This document shows positions 1-12,359 of a stretch of 64,000 nucleotides of DNA, piece by piece. Numbering within the stretch: the stretch's first letter is position 1; each line of letters starts with the position of its first letter. Position numbers and translations under genes: made by a program. Location: positions 62,001-126,000 of the forward strand of contig CDMY01000249.1 in NCBI GenBank assembly GCA_001179505.1. Direction: 5' to 3'. The notes beneath the pieces are model-generated. The model was not told where the DNA came from. It made no database searches and saw only the letters and a list, made by a program, of their open reading frames with translations. The DNA comes from Vitrella brassicaformis CCMP3155. Lineage: Eukaryota; Protista; Chromerida.

Positions 1-1
1 C

Positions 2-193
2 GACGGCGAGCTGCGCCGCATCGAGACGGAGCTAGAGGCGATGAACCTGCAGTACCCGCCCCAGATTCAGGCCATCCGTAGCTGCCAGCCTGCCGACTAC
101 TACGAGCACATAGATGGCCCTCTGCTGACGACGAGTGACGGCCACAGAGTGTCCGAATTAGATGTCCTGCTGAGCACTCAGGGCCTCGTGTAG
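2..193 (+). CDS. 3' end of an unidentified protein-coding gene, truncated by the window edge
   Basis: Open frame DGELRRIETELEAMNLQYPP...STQGLV ending in TAG at 191-193, with GC3-rich codons like the other exons here. No family recognised. Confidence 0.55.
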   Translation, partial: DGELRRIETELEAMNLQYPPQIQAIRSCQPADYYEHIDGPLLTTSDGHRVSELDVLLSTQGLV

Positions 194-661
194 AGGAATG
201 GAGGATGAGTAGACAGGCGGGAATGTCTAGAGGGAGGGAGGGAGGGAGGGAGGGGTGGGATTTGGGTGGTGTGTGCATAGGAGGGGACAGATGGATGGTT
301 GTGTGGGCCGTCCACATGGAAGGGGGGGATGTGTCAAATGACTCGGCTATCGGTCTACACATGAATCGACGGTGACTGAGCGGCGCGCCCGTCGGTTCGC
401 GACAGCCGCCGGCCAGAGCAAAGGGAGGGTCTGAGTGTCCTTGAACTCAGCCGTGCATGCACCATTGACCGCACACGCGCACGTACCCGAGAAAGGGCAT
501 GGAAGGTATCACTCGACTACTAGCTAAGCTCGCAGATCGGGGTGTTCCCCCTTCCAAGTTTCAACACCCGTACGGCTATTGTCTTGTGTGCCCACGTTGT
601 CATCTTTCTCCGTCAATTTTTCCCCGTCCGGCTCCCCTCTGCACAAGGCTGCGCCATCTGA

Positions 662-3661
662 ATGACTCAACCTGACGAAGGTGGACGGCCGGTGCTGTGA
701 CCATTCACAACGGGCACGCGAAAGCCTGACTCGAAATCAATCGGCCTCAAGCAATGGCGGTGGAGGTGAGGCGAAGGAAAAACCCAAAGCCCCTTTTGTG
801 TTTATGCCTTCTGGGGGTTCGTTGCTTGTGTCCAGGCTGAGTCGGAGATCGACATCTTCGACGCCGTCAAGAAGGGCGACGCGGATTCTGTCACGGCGCT
901 GATCGACCGGGACGGCACAGCCATACTCAATAAAACGAAACGAGACAAATACAATTCCGATGTATGCAGTCGTGAGGACGACATGAATGCCCTTGTCGTC
1001 TGTATGTGTGTTCTCATTTCTGCGCGCAGGTCACACCCTTCGGCATGGCTGCACAGGAGGGTCACGTGGGCGTCATGTCGGTCATGTATGAACGCAAACC
1101 TGACGTCTTGCAGCAAACAGACACTGTACTGACGCACACAAAGCACCTTCTGTGCCGGTGGAGATGGAAAAAGATGTGTTTGGTGTGACGGAATGTAGCA
1201 TGGTGCGAATGCCCCGCACGAGGCTGCCCAGGAGGGCCAGGTTGCGGCGGTCAATAAGCTGCTGGAGTGGGATCTCAAACTGATCGATGCACGCGACAAG
1301 GTAACAGAGCACACACATGTCTCTGACGCCTCAGTGTGTGCTGGTGTGTTTTGATTGCAGGATGGCAAGATCCCATTCATCGATGCTGCCTGGAAGGGTC
1401 AAATTGATGTGATGGAGACCCTGTATGCCAAAGGAGGGAAGGGCTGCCTCACACAGAAGAGCAAGGTCACAATCGAAGACAAACCATCTTCTGTGCGGCT
1501 GGTGAGGAGAGATGTTCGCTGTGATGGAATGCAGCTTGGTGACTCTGCCGTGCACTGGGCTGCCTTCAATGGTCGTGTTGCGGCTGTCAATCAGCTGCTG
1601 GAGTGGGATCTCAAACTGCTCGATGCACGCACCGAAGTTACAGACCACACACATGGCTCTGACGCCTCAGTGTGTCGATTGTGTGTGTGTCTTGATTGCA
1701 GAATGGCCGCACGCCATTCATGGTGGCTGCCACCTATGGTCATGTCGATGTGATGGAGTTTCTGTATGCCAAACGAAAGGACGTGCTCACAAAGACCGAC
1801 AAGGTGAGACAACACAGTCTTCTCTCACAGCCTGATTGCCTTTCCCTGTGTGCATGACACACACAGAACGGCGACACGGCACTCCATTTGGCTGCACTTT
1901 ATGGCCACTCTGCGGTTGTGTCTCAGCTGTGAGCGACAGAGATGACTGACTGACGCGGACATCTCATCCACACACACTCTCTCTCTCTCTGCGTGTGTGT
2001 GTGTGTGTGTGTCCTTCTCAAAGGCTCGAGTGGGGCGGCGGTGCGCTGCTGGACATCAAAAACAATGGGGTGAGTGCCGACGACAAGAATGCACTCAGTG
2101 GTCTGTGTGTGTGTTCTCATTCCTGCAGATGACCCCCTTCCTGTTGGCTGCGGAGAAGGGCCACGTGGGCGTCATGTCGGTTATGTATGAGAGCAAACCT
2201 GACGTATCGCAACAAACAGACAGCGTGGTACCGACACAGACAAACCATCTTGTGTGCTGCTGATGATGAGGAGATGTGCGTTTGGGTGTGATGGAATGTA
2301 GCATGGTGCGAATGCCCTGCACTTCGCTGCCATGAATGGCCATGTTGCGGTCGTCAATCAGCTGGTGGAGTGGGATCCCAAACTGATCGATGCACGCACC
2401 ACCAATGTAACAGAGCACACACATGTCTCTGACGCCTCAGTCTGTCGATTGTGTGTGTGTGTGTGTTGATTGCAGGTTGGCCACACGCCATTCATGGTGG
2501 CTGCCATAGGTGGTCGTGTCGATGTGATGGAGTTTCTGTATGCCAAACGAAAGGACGTGCTCACACAGCAGAACAAGGTGAGATACACAGAATGCCTCTC
2601 GTCTAATTGATTGCCTTTCTTTGTGTGCATGACATACACAGGACGGAGACACGGCACTCCATTTCGCTACACTCGATGGTAGAATTGAAGTGATGAAGTT
2701 CCTGTACGAGATGGACGCGCCCATCCTGCAGCAAAAAGGCGACGTACCAACCTAAGCATCTTGTGTGCTGCTGGTCATGGTGAGAAGATGTGCGTTGGGT
2801 GTGATGGTGCAGACTGGTTGGAATGCAATACATGCGGCTGCCCAGGAGGGCCATGTTGCGGTCGTCAATCAGCTGCTGGAGTGGGATCCCAAACTGATCG
2901 ACGCACGCAACAATGTAACAGAGCACACATATGTCTCTGACGCCTCACTGTGTCGATTGTGTTCGTTGCAGGAGGGCCTCACGCCATTCATCACGGCTGC
3001 CATAAAGGGTCATGTCGATGTGTTGGAGGCCCTGTATGCCGAGCGAAAGGACCTGCTCACACAGAAGGCCATCGTGAGACAACACAGCCGAAGACACATA
3101 GGGAGTGCCTCTCTGATGTGTGAGTGTGTTGATTGCAGAATGGCGACACGCCATTCATGTTGGCTGCCTACAATGGTCATGTCGATGTGATGAAGTTTCT
3201 GTATGCCGAAGGGGGGGAAAAACTGCTGACACAGACGAACAAGGTGAGAGACACACAGGATGCCTCTCATCTGATTGATTGGCTTTCACTATGTGCATGA
3301 CACACACAGTACGGACACACGGCACTCCATTTGGCTGCAGCCGGAGGCCACTCTGCGGCTGTGTCTCTGCTGTGAGCGACACAGATGAATGACTGACGCG
3401 AACGTCTCATCCACACCCTCTCTCTCTCTCTCTCTCTGTGTCATTCTCAAAGGCTCGAGTGGGGCGGCGCTTTTCTGCTCTACATCAAAAACAACGATGT
3501 GAGTGCACACAGAGATTCACACCATCGATGGGCTGAGTGGTGTGCTCACTCATCACAAACAGGGATGTACGCCCTGGGATTTGGCGGAGAAGAAGCCGGA
3601 GATCAGAGAGATCATGCGGCCGTACAAGCCTGCTTCTGGGTCTTGCTGTGTGATCATGTGA
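662..3661 (+). CDS. Multi-exon ankyrin-repeat protein (about 14 repeats) ending in CaaX (CCVIM)
   Basis: Exons such as 1199-1300 HGANAPHEAAQEGQVAAVNKLLEWDLKLIDARDK, 1361-1465, 1535-1636 and 1702-1803 are bounded by AG/GT. The last exon reads GCTPWDLAEKKPEIREIMRPYKPASGSCCVIM-TGA (3659-3661). The start is uncertain: exon 1 has a 4-nt insertion relative to the paralogue at 4498. Confidence 0.85.
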
Positions 3662-3807
3662 GTCAGAGTCTGTCAGTCGCTCGGAGGTGCATCGAATGAG
3701 AGTCTAGGAGGCATTGTGAGTGGGTGATTTGACAATGAGACCCGATTGATCATGTGTCGTCGTAAACGACACGGCGAAATGCAGCCCTCGGTTTCTTTCT
3801 TGTGTCT

Positions 3808-4160
3808 TCATGTGGACCATTGCGAGGGGCTGTGAGGTGCTGTGTGTTTGCCATGAGACATCAAGACTTGATTGGAGATGTCCATCAACACGTGAGCATG
3901 TAGCCCTGAATCTCTCTCTGTATTGATGCTGCCCTGCCGGCTGGTCAGCTGCTCGCGGAGGCTGCGATTCTCCTCGTGCAGAGCGCCGAAAGTCTGCATC
4001 AGTGACATAAGGAGACACAGACTTACGCCGATTAGCAGTCTCTGTCATTGGCTCACACACACCTGTTGGTTGACAGTCTGTCTGGCCCTCTCCTTGTCGA
4101 GGCAGCTCTAGAGCCGCCGATTCTCTAACGCAGCCGCCTGCAACTCACGCTGAAGATGCA
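3808..4160 (-). pseudogene. Duplicated 3' part of a small coiled-coil gene (copy of 12360-12630)
   Basis: Exons AIVHLQRELQAAALENRRL and LMQTFGALHEENRSLREQLTSRQGS are nearly identical to the 12.4-12.6 kb copy. Homology stops near 4230. Confidence 0.5.
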
Positions 4161-4497
4161 CTATCGCCTGACAAACACACACACACACACACGCCCTCCC
4201 CGATTCGTGCATTATCCGGACCCTCACATCTTCGATTGTCTTGACCTCTTGTCCTCCTGCCGTGTAGGCACCCGTCTCCTGCCTTTCACTCCGGGGAATG
4301 AGGGCGATCGGGGTCCTAAAGTGGCTGAGGGTGACACATAGGCGCACTGAGCTAAGCTCGCAGATCGCGGTGTTCCCCCTCCGAGATTCAGACAGCACCC
4401 CTACGCCTATTGTCCTGTGTGCCCACGTTGTCATCTTTCTCCGTCAGTTCTTCCCCATCCGCTGTCGCTCCCCTCTGCACAAGGCTGCGCCATCTGC

Positions 4498-6943
4498 ATG
4501 ACTCTGACGAACGTGGACGGCCGGTGCTGTGACCATCCACAACGGGCACGCGAAAGCCTGACTCGAGATCGATCGACCTCCAACAATGGCGGTGGAGGTG
4601 AGGGCGAAGGAAAAACCCAAAGCCCCATTTGCGTCTACGCGTTCTGGGGGTCCATCGGGTGTGTCCAGGCCGAGGCAGGTATATATATCGACATCTTCGA
4701 CGCTGTCAAGGCAGGCAGCGTGGATTCAGTCACGGCGCTGATGGACAGGGATGGGACTCAAATACTCAAAAAGCGAGACAAACGAGAAGTGAGAGAGAAG
4801 AGACCCCCCGGTGGTGTGTCGTTGATTCCTCTGTTTCCCTATCTGGGCGCAGTTCACTCCTTTCATCGCAGCTGCGAAGGACGGTCAAGTTGAGGCCATG
4901 AAGGTCATGTATGAGAGATGCAGCAGCCCGGAACTCTTGCAGCAAACAACTCAGGTGCCTGCCTGGTGGCTGAGGGAGTGATTTGCAAATGTGTCGGCGG
5001 TGTTCTCTGTCCTGCAGAATGACGGCACGGCAACTTACTGGGCTGCGATGAACTGTCACCTTGCGGCTGTCAATCAGCTGCTGGACTGGGGGGGCCCCAA
5101 GCTGCTGTCCGCACGCGGTGGCGCGGTAAGAGACCACACATGTCTCAAGGCGGCTCCCTGCGCTGATTCTGTGAGCGGCTCTGCGTCGGATTGCAGCGGA
5201 GATTCTCGCCGTTCATGCGTGCTGCTGAGAACGGGCATTTGGATGTGCTGAAATCGATGTATGGCAAAGGGGGGAAGGGTTTGCTCATTCAGCAGGACAA
5301 TGTAAGAGACCGAGGAGGTGGCCAAGCCGCACAGGGGTCGGCGGGTCATGCTTCTCCCTCTGTCGGCCTGTCTGCCAGGCTGGACAGACGGCACTGCACG
5401 TTGCTGTTTACAAGGGCGAAGACGCAGTCGTTGCTCAGCTGTGAGAGGGAAACCTAGCCACTCGACATCTCATTTGCAGTGTCTCCGTCTGCGCATGGTG
5501 CTGCAGGCTGCAGTGGGGTGGGCCGTCCCTTCTGCGCATCAAAGATGATTCGGTGAGTGCACATACTTTTGCAGACCATCGATCGCTGGTGACGCACTTT
5601 GCCTGAACAGGGCGAAACGCCGTGGCAGTATGCCAACAGAAGCCCTGCCATCCAGGGAATGTTTGAAATATGCACTGAGGTCCCAAAGAAAGCCGTCGAT
5701 GTCGTCCTGAGACAGATCAAACGTGTACGAGGACAAGAAAAGATGCCATTTGCTTTCACATGATGTATCTCTGTCTCAGCGGAACATCTTTGCAGCTGTG
5801 AAGGCCGGTGATCTCACATCGGTCACTCAGCTGATGAAACTGCACGGGCCGGAGACTGTCGAAAAGAGAGAGAGCGGCTGTGAGCCGTGTTGGTATAGAA
5901 CATGCGCCTGTTACCTCGATGGGGTAATGCCATTTCAGGTTGCAAGCGATCAATTCGCTGAGATCTTCACCTGTCCATTCTTGCAGCTTTATGGGATGAC
6001 GCCTTTCCTTTTCGCATCGCGCAAAGGGCATGTTGAGATCATCAATCACATGTACAGCAAAGCGGGGCTTCCGATTCTGCTGCAGAGGGGCGCTGGTGGT
6101 TGGTCTGCCGTGCACTTGGCTGCCATGGAGGGCCATCAGAAAGCGGTCGCGTGGTTGCTAGAGGTTGGCGGCTTCGATCTCCTCACGTTCAGAACAACCA
6201 TGGCGAGATACCACCACACATGTCTCGCCTGATGTCTGATGATGAGATGTCTTGACTGTGATTGAATGCAGTTTGGCTGTACTCCCCTTCATTGTGCTGC
6301 CATGAGGGGCAGCGCCGGAGTTGTCGAGACCATGCTTCACTTCTTGGAAGGCACTGAACTACTCGAGACAAAAGCTGCCTTCAAGGTGCGTAGAAATTCA
6401 ACCTGCTGGAATCTCGTCCACACGCCAATCTGACTGGGTCTTTCCTGCAGTCTATCACTCCCTTCATCTTCGCTGTCTGCTATGGCCATATTGATGTGAT
6501 GAAACTCATGTACGCCAAGATGGGGAAAACTTAGAGACAAAACTGCTTACACAGCAGGACTCTGTAAGAGTCGCCCAAAGGCACACCAAGATGTCCAGTC
6601 CGGTTGACTGGCGTTTGTCTTGTGTACACGCCATTTGTTGCAGGAAGGTGATACACCCTTGCATTACGCCGTGAGGGCAGAACAATATCGTGCTGTGGCC
6701 CAGCTGTAAGGGACAGAGGACAGGGAATGATGGGACATCTGCATCAGGATGTGTCACGTGGATCAGGATGGAATGGGGAGGACCGATTCTTCTAGAAATA
6801 AAGAACAACGACGTGAGCGCACACCGGTTGACAGAAAGCCAATGGCTACCCTTGTTTGTTGTTTTCCACAGGGTCGCACGGCGTGGGATAAAGCACCTTT
6901 CTTTGGGCGAATTAGGGGAGTGATGAAGAAATACAGACAATAG
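4498..6943 (+). CDS. Multi-exon ankyrin-repeat protein with two ankyrin modules
   Basis: ATG at 4498. Exons include IDIFDAVKAGSVDSVTALMDRDG, SPFMRAAENGHLDVLKSMY and TPFLFASRKGHVEIINHMY...SAVHLAAMEGHQKAVAWLL. Final exon GRTAWDKAPFFGRIRGVMKKYRQ-TAG at 6943. Confidence 0.8.
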
Positions 6944-7335
6944 GTCTGAGGCTTAGAGACTTGTGGCTGAGCAGCCATAGAGAGACATGAGCAGCGCAGG
7001 ATTCTCTTTGTCGTATGCACTTGGTGTGGCCGGATTATAGGCTGTATGTTGTGTCTTTTGACAGAGAGAAAGATGAACATTGACTGCCACCATCAAAGGG
7101 GCAGTGAAAAATGGCAGTAATACCGTGTAAGTTCGTGTTTGTCCGTGCATGTGTACTGGTGAGTCTCTTCGAGCCTATTGGGATCATGAATGAGCCCACC
7201 ACGCATCAGACCAAACACATACAAATGGAGGGATCACTCATAGAGGGATCACCCGGAAGACAAGCAAACGTGCTTCAATGAACGAGGGATCTCCTCGGTC
7301 CTTCTGCTTGTCCAAACCGCCGTTTTTGCGTGAGT

Positions 7336-7416
7336 TTTCCGCATGGAAAGCTGGATTTCCGCCTGGAAAGCTGGCCTTCTGCACTGCAAAGCTGGCTTTC
7401 CGTGGCGCTGGCTGGC
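7336..7416. repeat. Four degenerate 20-21 nt tandem units, the first two internally palindromic
   Basis: tttccgcatggaaagctgga / tttccgcctggaaagctggc / cttctgcactgcaaagctggc / tttccgtggcgctggctggc. Confidence 0.7.
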
Positions 7417-7908
7417 TTTTCTGAGTGTCTGTCCAGCTTTCTGAGTGGAGGGCCCACTTGCCGGCCGAAGCACCAGCTTTTCGCCGCGTGAACGAGAGAC
7501 AGAGAGATACAGACACTAGTACTAAGAGTCTTGAAAGGCAGGCAGGCAGGCAGACAGGCGGAGGGAAGAAGGGATGTCATTAGATGAATGGATCGTCTTC
7601 ATCTGCTTCCAATCCATTCATTGGTTCTTGCCTTGTCTTGCCCAAGCAACAGGTAAGATGGCGATGTCTCTCCCTCTTTAACCTCCTAATGTCTTGCCTT
7701 ATGTAACCCGGCCTTTGGACGAGGTAGCTGAATTCCGACACACGTCTGGCCCGATGGTGAGGATTGTTTTACTTGTGGGGCATTGAGTGGTGTTTGATGG
7801 TCATTTTGGGTTCAAATGACCGGCATGGGCCGTTCGGTTGGGGGCCCCGTGGGGGCCCAGCATTCGAGACCATCGAGTCGGTCCTCTCTCCCTTCCCGGA
7901 CTCCGGCA

Positions 7909-10900
7909 ATGGCTGGGGTGCCTCGTCTGGTGATCTACGCCAGGGACCTCACCTTCAGTGAGGATGACAAACTCGGTGAGCGAGGGGGTGAGCGAGGGGG
8001 TCAGCATGCTGTCCGCATGGGCATGATCTTTGTGTCTGGGGCAGGGAGGGGGGGATTCGGTGTCGTCTATCGGGGCGTCTTCAAAGGGCGGCCCGTGGCC
8101 GTCAAGGTCGCTCACCCCAGCGAAGAGCTCGCCCCGCACGTGCGTACACAGAGCGGCAGAATTGACCTCACTCGTGGGGTGACCTCGCATCTGTGTGTTG
8201 TGTGCAGGAGCAGTTCATTGAGGTTCTGCGAGAGGTGGAGCCCATGTTCCACCTGCGCCATCCCAACATCGTGGAGTTCCTGGGCGTGTGTGCGGCAGAC
8301 GAAAAGCACGGCCTTATGATCGTCACTGGCAGGCGCTGCGTCTCCTTCGCTTCATCCAATTGTCTTCCTCTGTGCGTCTGCCGCCATTCTCAGAGTTGTG
8401 TGAGTGCGGATCGCTGGACAAATATTTGGCCAAGAACAGACCTTTGCCCCCCGATGTGCGAGACAGATTTGTGAGAGAGGTACGCACTGCAGACAGCGTC
8501 ACGCGTCTCATCTACCGGTGTGTCGATTGCCGTCAGATATGTGAGGGTGTCCAGTACCTTCACGACCACGGGATCGCTCACCTGGATCTCAAACCAGGGA
8601 ACATTCTGGTGAGGGAGAGCCATCTCCCGGTCAACGGCCGCAGGCTGGTTTCATGTCCCACTTGTTTGTCAGTTGGCGAAGTATCTGGTGATCAAAATAT
8701 CTGACTTCGGTATGACGCGCAACACTCAGAGGACAACGAGTTCTTTTGCAGGTGGACAGAGACACTCACACGGAGACAGAATGCATCCAATGCATTCATA
8801 CCTTTGCTGCAGGCGGGGGGACGTACAACTTTATGTCACCGGAAACAATGAATCCAGAGAAATGTAAGGAAGGATCCCTGTGAAGGGCGGCGTCCCGTGA
8901 CTGCCCATTTGTGCAGTGGTCAAGCCTTCTACCAAGTCGGATATCTGGACGTTGGGCGGGATTCTGAGCGAGCTACACGGAGGGCAGCGGATTCATAAGT
9001 CCACATGTCAGACGCACTATGAGATGGTGGCTGATCGTGATGCTTAGGCGGGCCGCCCTTCGAAGGCCAAAGTCCCGTCAGCATCATGATGGCAGTTGTG
9101 GTCGATAAACAGGTGACGTTCACGCGTATGACATGACAGACGCGACTTGCTTTGTCTGTTCTCATTAGATTCCCCGCATCCCCGATTCCGTGCCTGCGCA
9201 CATCAAAGCTGCCATCGAGGCAAGCCGAGAGACTTTCATGTGCCGCGTTTGGCTTCTGAGTGTGATTGCTTCTCAGAGTTGTTTTGCCTTCAAGCCGGAA
9301 GATCGTCCCACAGCCAGAGAGGTAGCGGTCATAGACTATTGGACAGAGGCGTGCGCATGTCGAATGTCTGCTTGCCTGACTGCTCGGTAGTTGTTAGCTA
9401 AGCTGGGCATGTCGTCGTCTCCGTCAAAAGGTGCAGGTCCACTGACTGTCAAATGACACGAGAAGGCCCAGTCGCTTCATCCTGACTGCTTGACTGCGTG
9501 CAGAGCCGGTGTTGGTTCACCCTGCCCCTGTGTCTCCTGCTGTCGTGTCTCCCACTGGCCATTCATCGGGCGTTCACGTGAGCATGGCCAGCACCGCAAC
9601 GGGGCCGCCGAGTGCGGTCTCGCCCACACAGATCAAGCTTTTGGTTCCGCAAGAGCAGACAGGTCGGCTGTGGAAGGCACGTACACACACACAGAGAGAG
9701 ATACGACTGGTCATTCATGATTTGTATGGTGCAGCGTTCCCTACCCAGCAGCCGTCAGCGAAGACACCGCCCAACGTCCCACAGCCGCAGATCAAACACG
9801 TAAGAGAGACAGAAACTGAATCCCACACGTCAATGGGCCGCTCTTATTGTGCTGGTTGTGTGTCAGACTGACATCTTCAAAGCCGTCGAGGAAAATGATG
9901 TGCAATCCGTTCGTTGGCTCATCGAGCGAGACGGCAAGGACATACTCGACAAACGAGGCCACTTCGAGGTATGCAACTTTGAAGATGACAGAAATGCCCT
10001 CAGTGGTCTGTCTGTGTATTCGTTCCTACAGAATACACCTTTCCTGTTGGCTGCAAAGAAGGGTCACGTGGGCGTCATGTCGGTCATGCATGAGAGCAAA
10101 CCTGACGTACTGAAGCAAACAGACCAGGTAACAACACAGACAAACCATCTCGTGTGCTGCTGGTGATAAAGAGATGTGCGTTTGGGTGTGATGGGATGTA
10201 ATAGAATGGTTTCACTGCCCTGTACTTGGCTGCCTGGTTTGATCAAATTGAAGCAATGAAGTTTCTGTACGAGATGGACGGGTCCATCCTACAGCAGACA
10301 GGCCCGGTACCAACCTGAGCATCTTCTATGCTGCTGGTTATGGTGAGAAGATGTGTGTTGGCTGTGATGGAATGCAGGATGGTTGGAATGCAATACACTT
10401 GGCTGCCGAGAAGGGCCGTGTTGCGGCTGTTAATAAGCTGCTAGAGTGGGATCCCAAACTGATCGATGCACGCACCAATGTACCAGAGCACAGACATGTC
10501 TCTGACGCCTCAGTGTGTCGATTGTACGTGTGTGTGTTGATTGCAGTTTGGCTTCACGTCATTCATGCGGGCTGCCAACAATGGTCATGTCGATGTGATG
10601 AAGGCCCTGTATGCCAAACGAAAGGACCTGCTCACTTAGACGGACAAGGTGAGACAACACAGTCTTCTCTCACTGCTTGATCGCCTTTCCCTATGTGTGC
10701 ACGCCACACACAGAGCGGCAACACGGCACTCCATTTGGCTGCAATGAATGGCAAAATTGAAGCGATGAAGTTTCTGTATGAGATGGACGGGTCCATCCTG
10801 CAGCAAACAGGCCAGGTACCAACCTAAGCACCTTCTGTGCTGCTGGTCATGGTGAGAAGATGTGTGTTGGCTGTGATGGAATGCAATAGGATGGCTACAC

Positions 10901-12107
10901 CGCTTTGCACTGGGCTGCCCACGAGGGCCATGTTGCGGCGGTCAATAAGCTGATGGAGTGGGATCCCAAACTGGTCGATGCACGCACCACCAATGTAACA
11001 GAGCACACACATGTCTCTGACGCCTCAGTGTGTGTTTGTGTGTTGATTGCAGGGTGGCATGACGCCATTCATAGTGGCTGCTGGGCAGGGTCGTGTCGAT
11101 GTGATGGAGTTTCTGTATGCCAAACGAAAGGACCTGCTCACACAGACAACCAATGTGAGGCACGCATGGAGATACACAGAATGCCTCTCATCTAATTGAT
11201 TGCCTTTCTTTGCATGCATGACACACACAGAACGGCGACACGGCACTCCATCAGGCTGCGTACAAAGGCAAAATTGAAGTGATGAAGTTCCTGTACGAGA
11301 TGGACGGGTCCATCCTACAGCAAAAGGGCCAGGTACCAACCTGAGCATCTTCTGTGCTGCTGCTGGTCATGGTGAGAAGATGTGTGTTGGCTGTGATGGA
11401 ATGCAGGATGGTTGGAATGCAATACATGCGGCTGCCCAAGAGGGCCATCTTGCGGTCGTCAATAAGCTGCTGGAGTGGGATCCCAAACTGATCGATTCAC
11501 GCGTTGCCAAAGTAACAGAGCACACACATGTCTCTGACGCCTCAATGTGTCGATTCTCTGTGTGTGTGTGTGTCGATTGCAGTATGGCTGGACGCCACTC
11601 ATGAAGGGTGCCATGAAGGGTCATGTGGATGTGATGGAGGCCCTGTATGAGAAACGAAAGGACCTGCTCACACAGACCGACAACGTGAGACAACACAGTC
11701 TTCTCTCATCTGATTGATTGCCTTCTGTGCATGACACACACAGAAAGGAGACACGCCACTCCATTTGGCTGCGTACTGGGGCAGCTCTGCAGCTGTGTCT
11801 CAGCTGTGAGACACAAATGACTGACTGATGCGAATGTCTCATCCACACTCTCTCTCTCTCTCTCTGTGTGTGTGTGTCATTCTCAAAGGCTCGAGTGGGG
11901 CGGCGGTGCTCTGCTGGACATCAAAAACAACTCGGTGAGTGCCCACAGAGATTAACACCATCGATGGGCTGAGTGGTCTGCTTATTTCATCTCATCTCAT
12001 GACAACAGAAGGAGACGCCCTGGGACAAGGCAGAGGGCAAGCCGGAGATCAGAGAGATCATGCGGCCGTACAAGCCTGCTTGTGGGCCTTGCTGCGTGAT
12101 CATGTGA
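7909..12107 (+). CDS. TKL-like protein kinase (non-RD) fused to an ankyrin array, C-terminal CaaX; one ankyrin exon carries an in-frame TAG
   Basis: GRGGFGVVYRG, VAVK, IAHLDLKPGNIL, ISDFG, GTYNFMSPE, KSDIWTLG. A Pro/Ser linker follows, then the N-cap DIFKAVEENDVQSVRWLIERDG at about 9870 and about 11 ankyrin repeats. Ends KPACGPCCVIM-TGA (12105-12107). TAG at 10637-10639. Confidence 0.85.
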
Positions 12108-12359
12108 GTCAGAGTCTGTCAGTCGCTCGGGTGTGCATCGAATAAGAAGCTAGGAGGCGTTGTGAGTGGGTGATCTGACAGTGAGACCCGATTGATCATG
12201 TGTCGTCGTAAATGACATGGCAAATACGAATTGCAGCCCTCGGTTTCTTTCTTGTGTCTTCATCGACCATTGCGAGGGGCTGTGAGGTGTTGTGTGTTTG
12301 CCATGAGACATCAAGACTTGATTGGAAATCATGTCCATCCACACGTGAGCATCCAGCCC

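Noticed and set aside
1199-3500. Regularly spaced repeats resembling a CRISPR array
   Set aside because: The repeats are duplicated ankyrin exons and introns in a eukaryotic gene. The 7336-7416 array has no spacers, and no cas genes are present.
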